A stretch of DNA of 64,000 bases from Acidobacteriota bacterium (lineage in GTDB: Bacteria; Acidobacteriota; Terriglobia; Terriglobales; Acidobacteriaceae): assembly GCA_021846985.1 (NCBI GenBank), contig JAJZVX010000018.1, positions 297 to 64,296 of the forward strand. The letters are read 5' to 3'. The position numbers were made by a program, and so were the translations under genes. Below the pieces are notes generated by a model. That model saw only the letters and a program-made list of their open reading frames with translations. It searched no databases and was not told the origin of the DNA. Below are positions 8,613-17,136 of the stretch, piece after piece. Position 1 is the stretch's first letter. Every line of letters begins with the position of its first letter.

Positions 8613-9157
8613 ATGGCAAGGGTAGAAAAGCGGCTTCGGCATCTCTTTGTGCGGTTCATGCTGGCGGGGTTTCTATTGGGCGCGGCCGCCACGGCTCAGG
8701 CGGGCGCACAGGCAACGGCGACGGCACCTTCCAGCCGGCGGTGAGTTCCGATACCGGCATCTCCGGCCTCTACCAGGGCCTCATCTACCTGGCGCCGGCC
8801 AGGACCACCGCAGACGGCCGCACCGATCTTGTGGCCTTAAGCGCCTCGACCAATGATCAGCTCGTAGAAACGCTCTGCAACGGCCGCACCCAGCAGGTGA
8901 GCTTCTCCAGCCTGGCCATTCCCGGTCCAACTGCGCAGCATAACGTGGTCGCCTCCTATGCCGGAGACTCCGCGTATGCCGCTTCCGTCTCGCCTGCGCT
9001 CGGCGCCTGTGGCGGCGGCTCTTCGAGTTCAACCTCCACCGGCTCCGGCGGCACGCCTCTGGGAACCAGCTCCGTGTCTGTCTCCGCTACCACATCCACC
9101 ACGGTTGGCGGCAGCACCACGCAGAGCGCGCTCCTTACCATCACCATCATCCAATAG
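8613..9157 (+). pseudogene. Internally deleted, frameshifted remnant of an FG-GAP/VCBS plus Ig-like (Big_3-type) surface protein
   Basis: The signal-peptide frame (MARVEK...LLGAAATAQAGAQ) stops at 8744. An overlapping frame carries GNGDGTFQPAVS, DGRTDLVA and HNVVASYAGDSAYAASVS, and ends ...LLTITIIQ. Confidence 0.65.
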
Positions 9158-9239
9158 CTCCTCGGCGGGCCGGTCCCGCTTTCCGCCTTGCGCGGAAGGC
9201 TGGACCCTGCCTGCCGCAAGTTGCAGGCCATGGCCTCTT

Positions 9240-9446
9240 ATGAACTCCACTCCGGAACAACGCCGCTGGCAGCTGGTGGAATCCATCTTCCACCAGATGG
9301 AAGCTTGCCCGGCGCATCTGCGTGCCGCCCGCCTGCGCGAGATCTGCGCCGGCGACGACGCCCTCGCCCGTGAGGTCGAGTCGCTCCTCGATTGCTCCGA
9401 GCGTCTGCGTGCCGCTTCCAATCCGCCCGCCCGCTCCGCGCCGTAA
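9240..9446 (+). CDS. 68-aa stand-alone homologue of the N-terminal helical domain of the neighbouring kinase
   Basis: MNSTPEQRRWQLVESIFHQ...RAARLREICAGDDALAREVESLL aligns by eye with kinase residues RWRRVEEIFHR...RTASVRAWCGEDASLAEDVLSLV. Confidence 0.75.
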   Translation: MNSTPEQRRWQLVESIFHQMEACPAHLRAARLREICAGDDALAREVESLLDCSERLRAASNPPARSAP

Positions 9447-9618
9447 GCCTGCTGCCGCATCCTGTCTCGCGCCGCCGCTGGACTTGCGCCGCACGGCTCT
9501 TTCCGGCGGGCTCGCTGTGACCAAAGTCGCTGTGATCCGGCGAGCCGGCCCGGTATCCTCAGATCATCGGATGTGCGGCTGTGCATACGTTCTGCGCATC
9601 CGCCTCTCGGAGACAGGC

Positions 9619-10467
9619 ATGCAAACCATCGCGCAGGCAGCGCCGGCCCAAGCATCGAATCGCCCCAAAGTCTATCTTCCGCGCGAGCACGGGGCTACCG
9701 CGATGCTCCTCACGCCCATCCTCGGGGTCGCCATCCTAGCCCGGGCCTGGCATTGGAGCGAGCTGGCAGTCCCCATGGCGGCCTTTGCCGCCATGGCGGC
9801 AAAGGATCCTGCCGTCCTGCTGGTGCGCCAGCAGTTTGTGTGGAAGCGCAAAAGTCCCGAGTCCTCAGGCGCCCTGCGATGGCTCCTGGGGTGGATCGCT
9901 CTACTCATTGCCAGCGTCTCCGTCCTGCTGGTCACTTGGCCGCTCGATGCTTTTCTGGCCATCGGCGCAGGCGTTGCCGCCTTTGGCTGCGTGGCAATCG
10001 CCGTCAATCTCGGAAATCGCCAGCGTTCGACACTCTTCCAGATTGTCAGCGCCGCGGCGCTCACTTCCACATCCCTGGCAACATGCCTCTCCGCTACGGG
10101 AACCGTCGCGCCCTGGTGCTGGTGGTTCTGGGCCTTGATCGCGATGCAAGCCAGCGCCGGAATCCTCGTGGTTCACGCCCGCCTCGATGCCCGCATTGCT
10201 CTCCGCAAGGCCGCGGCCGCAAGCCGGCACTATCGCTACGCGGCCCAGGCAGTTCTGGCCGTGCTCCTGTGCGCGGCGGTCGTCGCCATCCTCCTCAGGC
10301 ATGCCTCAATCGCGCTGGCACTGGCGCTGGCCGTGGCTGGCTACGCCTATGACCTGGCTCGGCAGAACCGTCCCGAATCGCTTCAAATGCCGCTCAAAAC
10401 AGTGGGACAGCAGGCGCTCATGCTTTCGGCCCTCTATTCCCTTTTGCTGATCGCGGGCCTCTGGTAA
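9619..10467 (+). CDS. YwiC-like membrane protein
   Basis: LPREHGATAMLLTP motif and multiple TM helices; ATG 9619 chosen as start. Confidence 0.8.
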   Translation: MQTIAQAAPAQASNRPKVYLPREHGATAMLLTPILGVAILARAWHWSELAVPMAAFAAMAAKDPAVLLVRQQFVWKRKSPESSGALRWLLGWIALLIASVSVLLVTWPLDAFLAIGAGVAAFGCVAIAVNLGNRQRSTLFQIVSAAALTSTSLATCLSATGTVAPWCWWFWALIAMQASAGILVVHARLDARIALRKAAAASRHYRYAAQAVLAVLLCAAVVAILLRHASIALALALAVAGYAYDLARQNRPESLQMPLKTVGQQALMLSALYSLLLIAGLW

Positions 10468-10527
10468 GAACTGGCTTTGCTGGCTCCATGCGCCGGCCGG
10501 CCGTGTGCATTCCCCCGGCATGCGCGG

Positions 10528-10959
10528 CTACCGAGGGCGAATCACGCCTTTCCTGACAAGAATGCATCCGTAAAGCCTCGTCTCCCCGGTCGCTATCACC
10601 GCAAACGCGGATTTGGCCCGCTCGTAAAACGCGAATCGTTCGATTCGGGCCATGTTGATCGGCCTGTTCTCCGCGCGATTGATGCAGATCTGAAACTCCC
10701 GGACCGTCTCCGGCGTCTCGCCGGGCGCGTCCACAACTTCCATCACGGTCGCGGGCGCTTCGACAAAATCGTCCAGCGGCAGCAGCGTCAGCACGGCGTC
10801 CAGCGTGGCCGGCGCCGTCGCGCTCACCATCGCCACCCTCTTGCCCAGGGTGACCGCGGGAAAGTTCGCGTCCACAATCGCCAGTTCGTCGCCGTGCCCC
10901 ATCTCCGCAAGAATCCTCAGCACTGGCGCCGTCAGAAGCGGATCGATGTTCTTGAGCAT
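10528..10959 (-). CDS. fucU: RbsD/FucU family sugar mutarotase (L-fucose mutarotase-like)
   Basis: MLKNIDPLL...MGHGDELAIVDANFP...ERFAFYERAK...TGETRLYGC. Confidence 0.9.
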   Translation of the reverse strand: MLKNIDPLLTAPVLRILAEMGHGDELAIVDANFPAVTLGKRVAMVSATAPATLDAVLTLLPLDDFVEAPATVMEVVDAPGETPETVREFQICINRAENRPINMARIERFAFYERAKSAFAVIATGETRLYGCILVRKGVIRPR

Positions 10960-11025
10960 GTCGTCCTCCTTAGTCAGTCAACCATGAGTCTTCATCCTGC
11001 GCCACCGGCGGCCCAGCGCACACGC

Positions 11026-11057
11026 AAAAAAGGCGTCCACCGCGGCGAACGCCTTTT
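11026..11057 (-). terminator. Intrinsic terminator (possibly bidirectional)
   Basis: AAAAGGCGT...ACGCCTTTT stem followed by a 6-T run on the minus strand, just after the 11081 stop. Confidence 0.7.
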
Positions 11058-11080
11058 CCTGCCTCTCACGCAACCCCGCT

Positions 11081-11983
11081 TCACATCGGCTGCGGATAGT
11101 TGTCGTCCTCGTCTTCAATGCCGTACCGGCGCAGCATGTTCGGCAGGCTCTGCGAAAAAGCCGACCGCGGCATCACCGTGTCGCATCCCGCTTCCACCGC
11201 CTTGGCCTTCAACTCGCCTTGCAGATGGTTCAAGAAGCCCACAATCGACGTGGCCTTCTTGAATTTGGACTTGAACTTCGGAATCAACGAAATCGGCTTG
11301 GCGTTCAGGTTGTTCAGATCGAAGACCAGAAGCCGCGGACGCTCCTCTTCCGGCAACTCCGTCAGCCGCGTCAGGATTTCCTTGTCCGCTCCGCCCTTTA
11401 CAAACTCCACCTTCACGCCCAGCTTCCGTGCCGTCTCGTTGATCTTGGCCTGGAAAAACAGATCCTCGATAAAACAGAATATCCGCGTCGGTGCATCGGT
11501 CCGCACCGGCACGGGAGCAAAGCTCGTGTACATCTCTGGATAGTAGGCGGCACCTGCCCCATTCCCCACGGGAATGGTCGCCGGAGGGCCGTCGGCCACG
11601 TTGCCGTTCACCGCGCGGTAGCTGTGGTCCATCGGCCCCACAAACTCCCGCGGCCCTTTCTGCCTGTTCTTTCGTTTGCTCTGCGGCGGCGGCGCAAGGC
11701 TGTTGCCCGGCGGTGGCGGCGCGCTCTTCTGGAACTGTTTCTTCTTCTTGCGGCTGTGCCCCTGGCCCTGGAATCCAAACTGCTTCGGCGGGGCCGTCTG
11801 CGCCTGAACCGGTGGCACGGGCGTTGTCGCCTGCTGCTGCTGCTGAGGAGCCGGATTCGGCTGGTTCGATTTGCTCTTGCGGCGGCGCCGGCGGCGCCGA
11901 TGCCCCTGCGACTGCCCCGGATTGCTTCCATTTACCGGGGCCGGCTCCAGCTCAGGCTGGGGCTGCGTCAACTCTGTCGTCAT
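11081..11983 (-). CDS. Atypical receiver (REC-like) domain protein with long basic/Pro-Gln-rich disordered N-terminus
   Basis: C-terminal FCFIEDLFF...LLVFDLNN...IVGFLNH...AGCDTVMPR resembles a CheY fold. The N-terminus has RRRRRRRK and RKKKKQ tracts. Confidence 0.75.
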   Translation of the reverse strand: MTTELTQPQPELEPAPVNGSNPGQSQGHRRRRRRRKSKSNQPNPAPQQQQQATTPVPPVQAQTAPPKQFGFQGQGHSRKKKKQFQKSAPPPPGNSLAPPPQSKRKNRQKGPREFVGPMDHSYRAVNGNVADGPPATIPVGNGAGAAYYPEMYTSFAPVPVRTDAPTRIFCFIEDLFFQAKINETARKLGVKVEFVKGGADKEILTRLTELPEEERPRLLVFDLNNLNAKPISLIPKFKSKFKKATSIVGFLNHLQGELKAKAVEAGCDTVMPRSAFSQSLPNMLRRYGIEDEDDNYPQPM

Positions 11984-12503
11984 GCGTGTTCTTCCTGGCG
12001 CCCTGGTTCCAGGTGCGCGGCGTTTTTGGATTCAGCCGTTCCCTTACGGTCGCTGACCTTCTCTTTCCTGCCCCCGTCTGCACTGCTGCGGTCCTTCCGG
12101 TGGCTGGCGACTACGATCGCTATCGGATTGCGCGCCCACTGCGCCAGAGCCAGGCTCCATCCGCAATGTGCCCTCTTCCAAGGAACCCCGCCTCACTCTA
12201 CACAAATCCGTACTGGCCTTCTTCGGGGCGTCGGAATCGGTACGGCAGTTGCTTTCCTTTGGCGTTGCCCTTCTTCAAGGACCTTTCGCCGCTTGTTGCT
12301 GGTGACCATTCAACCGGTTGGCGGGGTTTCCTTGTCCGGCGAGCTTGCTCTGCCCGTTCTCTGGGCGGCCTGCATCAGCCGTTCGTAGGCATGTTTGATA
12401 CTACAGCGAACCAGCACTGCTGGCAAGTCGCCTCTTTGCGCCTGCCCGCGCCGCAGATGATCGCCCCGATGCCGGCCCCGGAAAAAACATCCTTCTTACG
12501 CAC

Positions 12504-12533
12504 AAACGCCACTCCGCGGAGGAGTGGCGTTTT
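12504..12533. terminator. 12-bp perfect hairpin, terminator-like in either orientation
   Basis: AAACGCCACTCC-gcgga-GGAGTGGCGTTT. Confidence 0.7.
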
Positions 12534-12534
12534 G

Positions 12535-12715
12535 ATCTCCCGTTCGGGTCACTGGCCTCCCAATGATCCTTTTGCCGGTGGCTCGTTCCACCGCGCTTCT
12601 TGCAGTCTCCCCAGCCGGTTTCCTCTTGATGAGGCCGCTCTATTGGGCGGTAACTCTTGCCGGGGGCCTGCTCTTCATTCGGCCGCCTGGAATTTCTCCC
12701 GCAGCCTCATCATCA
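12535..12715 (-). ncRNA. Candidate structured non-coding RNA (family not identified; 6S-like rod or cis-regulatory leader)
   Basis: No plausible ORF. Several mutually complementary segments on the minus strand (tgatgaggctgc/gcggcctcatca, GGGA-GAAA-TTCC, ggcgg/ccgcc, ggtgg/ccacc). Followed by the 12504-12533 hairpin. Confidence 0.4.
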
Positions 12716-12854
12716 CTGGCACTCTTTCTATAGCAATCCAGGGTCCAATCATGACTTTGTTTGTTTTCAGAGGCTTGTCTCGACCTTCCATGGGCCATTA
12801 TCCGCATTACAGGATGAAAATACCTCGAAAATCCATAAAAACGTAGATCGACCC

Positions 12855-13688
12855 CTAGTGCTGGCAGTGGGAACAATAGTGAGTTCCCCGTCCAGCCTCC
12901 ACGACCCGCCGAATCGCCGCCCCACACTTCCGGCAGGGAAGCCCCGTCCGCTGATACACGCAATGCTCCAGTTGGAAAAAGCCTCGCTCCCCCTCCGCAT
13001 CCACATAATCCGAAACAGACGAGCCTCCCAGCCGGATGGCGGCACGCAGCACCCGTGCCAGCTCCTTGCGCAGCCGCTCCAGTTCCTCCCGGCTCAACCG
13101 CCCTGCACTCCTTCGCGGCCGGATTCCGGCCCGGAAGAGACTTTCGTCCGCATAGATGTTACCCACCCCAGCCAGCAGCGTCTGGTTCAGCAAGGCCGCC
13201 TTGATCGAGAGTCGCCGTCCCCGGAAAAGCGCCGCAAATGCCTCCCGGCCAATCGTCAACGGCTCCGCACCCGGGGCCTCGAAACCCGCCTCGCGGTCCA
13301 GATCCCGGAACTCCAGCCGGCCGAATCGCCGCGGATCCACAAAGCGCAGTTCGTGCCCACCCGAAAGCCGCAGCCGCGCATGCGTATGTTTCTCCACTGG
13401 CGTCTCGGGCCGGGTCACCAGCAACCTGCCCGTCATGCCCAGATGCACCACCCACTGCGCCGCCGCCTCCCCTGTTCGCCCTTTGGCTGCGCTCAGCTCG
13501 CACACAATGTGCTTGCCTACGCGATGCACCTGCAGAAAAACTCGCCCTTCCAGTCCCCGGGACTGGCGCCCCGCAGGCGTCTTGAAAGGCTGTCTGTACG
13601 AGGCAAACCAAACTTCTTCTATGCGTTGGCCGCGCACCCGGGCATCCACGCCGCGCGCCACCGTCTCTACCTCGGGAAGTTCCGGCAT
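12855..13688 (-). CDS. mutM: Formamidopyrimidine-DNA glycosylase (Fpg)
   Basis: MPELPEVET, HLGMTG, GVGNIYADE and C-terminal Cys4 zinc finger. Confidence 0.97.
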   Translation of the reverse strand: MPELPEVETVARGVDARVRGQRIEEVWFASYRQPFKTPAGRQSRGLEGRVFLQVHRVGKHIVCELSAAKGRTGEAAAQWVVHLGMTGRLLVTRPETPVEKHTHARLRLSGGHELRFVDPRRFGRLEFRDLDREAGFEAPGAEPLTIGREAFAALFRGRRLSIKAALLNQTLLAGVGNIYADESLFRAGIRPRRSAGRLSREELERLRKELARVLRAAIRLGGSSVSDYVDAEGERGFFQLEHCVYQRTGLPCRKCGAAIRRVVEAGRGTHYCSHCQH

Positions 13689-13864
13689 GCATCCATTCTA
13701 GAGGCTGCCTGGCCGCGCCCATCCCTCACTCATGACACTCAGATTCACCGGCCTTCGATATCTCGCCACCACAACACTGAATTGGTTCCGGCGCTCGTCA
13801 CCACCAACAAGCGCGATAACGCCCCCGCCGGTACGGCAAAGCACATCGCCGCCTCGCCCAGACG

Positions 13865-14356
13865 TCAACCGGCGTCATCCTCCGCCTCGTCTTCTTCCGC
13901 TGTCCGCGCCTGGGTCGCGCCCCATCGCTCCAGATACACCAACCCCAACCCCAGCCCTATCACCAAAAAACCTGCCGACCCGTCTTCGATTATTGTCAGG
14001 TGCCGGTCTTCCTGCCTGGTCTGGTACACCTCGGTGCCATTGATGTTGCGCGGAACGTAGCGCATCTCCTCCGGGTCCGGCCAGCGTGGCAGCGTATCCA
14101 TGTAATGCGTCGAGATCATCGACGCCAGGATCAATCCCCCTCCACCCAGAAGTAGAAACAACGAGACAAAAAACTTTAATAGGACCAATGATTCCGGTTT
14201 CACTGGACTTACCTCGACCTCATGCAAAAGATTGCCACCCTGTGCGACAATTCCCAACGACCTTGCATCGAGTCTTGGAACTACGCCAATAGACAGGACC
14301 CTCTTGCTGCGCATGACTTCTCTTTGTGAAGAGATTACACCTCTCATGCTCGCCAC
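13865..14356 (-). CDS. Hypothetical membrane protein with two TM helices (start uncertain)
   Basis: ORF with two hydrophobic segments flanking a loop, and an acidic tail. The 5' part is more AT-rich. Confidence 0.6.
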   Translation of the reverse strand: MASMRGVISSQREVMRSKRVLSIGVVPRLDARSLGIVAQGGNLLHEVEVSPVKPESLVLLKFFVSLFLLLGGGGLILASMISTHYMDTLPRWPDPEEMRYVPRNINGTEVYQTRQEDRHLTIIEDGSAGFLVIGLGLGLVYLERWGATQARTAEEDEAEDDAG

Positions 14357-14538
14357 TTAACTCTATTGGAGGTGATTGACGATAAAGGTTAACTTGCTTG
14401 GTATATAAAGCAACATCGAAAAGTTGCACCCATAAACATCATCCGCCGTTGCCCAGGCGTTGTCTTGAACTCAGCCGTGCATTTATCCCTATTGAATCTT
14501 TCGTTGGCGACGCCTTCGTTCCCGCGGCGCCTTCACCT

Positions 14539-15081
14539 TCACGGATGCCTGCGTGTATGCCGGATCCGGCTGGCCTCGAAGCTCACGATCCGCCACGTTC
14601 CCTGTGCGTCGCGCACATAAACATGGGTATACCGGTAACTTCCCGAGATGTCCCGGCCGCCGCTGGTGCCTGTCACGTCCGCGCGCGAAGTCACCAGCAC
14701 CGTGTTCCCATAAAAACGCAGCTTCCGCTCCGAAAGATGGATCGACGTAAAGTGCCGCACGCCCGTCCGCAGGTCCGCCAGCGTCTTTTCCTTGGTCTCC
14801 AGCGTGCCCGACGCGGTAATGCCGTTGTAGTCGTCGGCCAGCAGCGGGCCCATCGCCACGCTGTTCGACTGCAGCATGGCGTTCCGCCACGTCTCCTCGA
14901 TCTGCTCGATCTCTTTCCGGTTCTCATGCCGCCTGCCCATCGGCGCGCCAACGTGCAGCGCCTGAAGCGCCGGCCCGCAGAGCAGGACCGCCAGAACCAG
15001 CCCCACGGCTCTCCTCCGGCTCATCCACTTTACGTGCGTGTCCACGGTCCGCCTCATAGGAAGAACGGATGGTAGCTTCAA
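14539..15081 (-). CDS. NTF2-like / DUF4440 family exported protein
   Basis: Signal-like N-terminus; LLADDYNGITASG, FYGNTVLV and YRYTHVYVR...WRIVSF pattern. Confidence 0.8.
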   Translation of the reverse strand: MKLPSVLPMRRTVDTHVKWMSRRRAVGLVLAVLLCGPALQALHVGAPMGRRHENRKEIEQIEETWRNAMLQSNSVAMGPLLADDYNGITASGTLETKEKTLADLRTGVRHFTSIHLSERKLRFYGNTVLVTSRADVTGTSGGRDISGSYRYTHVYVRDAQGTWRIVSFEASRIRHTRRHP

Positions 15082-15195
15082 ATGGCCGCGCCGGTCAATG
15101 GACCTCTCGTCCGCATCACCTCAGGCCGTGGCAAACCCAGGCCAACGGCCCGTCCACCGCGTTACCCTTCCCGCCTGCTTAGACGCAATCCACCC

Positions 15196-15483
15196 CTAAA
15201 CCAGAGCGACCAGGTTTTCCATCGCCCGCTCGCGCATTTTCTGGTAGAGTCCGCCCACCGCATAGCGCTTGAAGTGTTCCGCCTCCCGGTGCGCCGCCAG
15301 CGCCGCCTCGTCCACATATTGCTCATAGATCAGCACCGTTTCCGGATCGTCCTGCAGCTGGTGAGGGATATAGCTCACGCATCCCGGCTCCTGTCGCGAG
15401 GCCAGCGCCAACTGGCGCAGAATCTCGGCTACCTCTTTCCGGTCCTCGGCGGCAAACTTCAGACGAACCACAAAACTGACCAC
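15196..15483 (-). CDS. Antibiotic biosynthesis monooxygenase (ABM)/putative quinol monooxygenase
   Basis: SRQEPGCVSY...LIYEQY.DEAALAAH..AEHF. Confidence 0.88.
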   Translation of the reverse strand: MVSFVVRLKFAAEDRKEVAEILRQLALASRQEPGCVSYIPHQLQDDPETVLIYEQYVDEAALAAHREAEHFKRYAVGGLYQKMRERAMENLVALV

Positions 15484-15533
15484 GCGCGGCTCCTTCCCGC
15501 CTGTTGCCCTGCGGGCACTGGCGTTTTGTCCTG

Positions 15534-16850
15534 TTATGAGTGGATCTGCTCCAGCATCGCGGCAAACTCCGGCAGCAGAATCGTCTGATCCCGGTCCGGA
15601 CCCGTTGAAACCACCGCGATCTTCGCCCCGCTCTCCCGCTCCTGGAAGTGCAGGTATTCCTGGGCCTCCCGCGGAAGCCGGTCAAACTCCGTTATCCCCG
15701 CGGTCGACGCCCGCCAGCCCTTCAGCCGTGTATACACCGGCTTGATCTTCTGCAGCCCGTGCACATCGGCGGGGATCGCATCCGTTATGTGGCCGTCGAT
15801 TTCGTAGCCCGTGCAGATGGGAATCTCGTCGAGCTCGTCCAACACGTCCAGTTTGGTCACCACCAGCCACTCGGCCCCGTTCACATGGTTGGAGTAGCGC
15901 AGCAGTGGCATATCCAGCCAGCCGCACCGCCGTGGGCGCCCCGTCACCGCGCCGTACTCGTTGCCCCGCGCCCGCAGGTGGTCGCCCACCGCCTCGTGAA
16001 TCTCGGTCGGGAACGGTCCTTCGCCCACGCGCGTCACATAGGCCTTGGTTACCGCGATCACCGTTCCGATCGCCGTCGGGCCCACGCCCGTGCCCGTCGC
16101 CGCGCCGCCCGCCGTGGCCGAGGACGAAGTCACAAACGGGTAGGTTCCGTGGTCGATGTCCAGCATTGTCCCCTGCGCCCCCTCGAACATCACGCTGCCG
16201 CCCTTGGCCAGGATTCCGTTCAGCAGCCGCCCCGTGTCGGTCACGAACGGCTTCACCTCTTCTGCCGCCGCCGCATACTCCTCATACATCTTCGCCGGGT
16301 CCAGCGGATCGGTCTTGAACAGCGCCCGCGCAATGGCATTCTTTTCGTGGCAGGCCGCCTCAATGTGCGTCTTCAGCAGATCCGGCCGCAACAGGTCCAC
16401 AACCCGCAATCCGCTGCGCGCCATCTTGTCTTCGTAAGCCGGACCGATGCCACGGCTGGTTGTTCCGATCTTCTTCCGCCCCGGCGCGCTCTCCGCCGCC
16501 AGCTCGATCATCCGGTGATACGGCAGGATCACCTGCGCCCGGTTCGACACAAAAAGCTGCTCGTCCACCCCCACGCCCATTGAGCGCAGTCTGGAAACTT
16601 CCTTCAAAAACGCAATCGGATCCAGCACTACGCCGTTGCCGATCACGCCCTTGCATCCTGGTCGCAGCACCCCGCAGGGGATCAACTGCAACACCAGCCT
16701 GTTTTCGCCATGCACCACCGTGTGCCCGGCGTTGTGTCCGCCCGCGTAGCGGGCCACCGCGCTGAACCGCTCACTCAGCACATCCACAATCTTGCCTTTA
16801 CCCTCGTCGCCCCATTGGGCGCCCAGCACTACCGCAGTCTTTGCTCGCAT
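15534..16850 (-). CDS. purA: Adenylosuccinate synthetase
   Basis: GAQWGDEGKGK, GGHNAGH, FEGAQG and TGRPRRCGWLD. Confidence 0.98.
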   Translation of the reverse strand: MRAKTAVVLGAQWGDEGKGKIVDVLSERFSAVARYAGGHNAGHTVVHGENRLVLQLIPCGVLRPGCKGVIGNGVVLDPIAFLKEVSRLRSMGVGVDEQLFVSNRAQVILPYHRMIELAAESAPGRKKIGTTSRGIGPAYEDKMARSGLRVVDLLRPDLLKTHIEAACHEKNAIARALFKTDPLDPAKMYEEYAAAAEEVKPFVTDTGRLLNGILAKGGSVMFEGAQGTMLDIDHGTYPFVTSSSATAGGAATGTGVGPTAIGTVIAVTKAYVTRVGEGPFPTEIHEAVGDHLRARGNEYGAVTGRPRRCGWLDMPLLRYSNHVNGAEWLVVTKLDVLDELDEIPICTGYEIDGHITDAIPADVHGLQKIKPVYTRLKGWRASTAGITEFDRLPREAQEYLHFQERESGAKIAVVSTGPDRDQTILLPEFAAMLEQIHS

Positions 16851-17040
16851 GGTCTTCCGTTTCTTCCCGATGGATGCCTCGCGCCGCCGGCTCTGCCGCC
16901 CCCGCGCAAGCTTTTAAGGAGTCGGTGCACCCTGCCGCTGCACCTCCTCGATCATAAACCCAACCCGCTTCGGCCGTTCCCCCCTTTCGCCCCCTGCTCC
17001 GCCGCTCCCGAACTTTGCGCTGACCCACCTTCCCCAATCT

Positions 17041-17066
17041 GCCGATGATGTTCTTGGCCGATGATG
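17041..17066. promoter_or_regulatory. 10-bp direct repeat, possible operator between divergent genes
   Basis: GCCGATGATG-ttcttg-GCCGATGATG. Confidence 0.35.
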
Positions 17067-17136
17067 GACTTTTCCGCCAGCCCGCGCTGTATGGGTTGAG
17101 GGCGATTCAAGATCGGCCTTCGCAAAGGGGGCTTCT

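Noticed and set aside
12535-12715. RNase P RNA, SRP RNA, tmRNA, or SAM-I/cobalamin riboswitch
   Set aside because: Diagnostic motifs (GAGGAAAGTCC, the SRP GGAA loop context, the tRNA-like CCA end, GCAACC/GGTGC, GCCACTG/ACTGT) were not found; kept only as an unassigned candidate.
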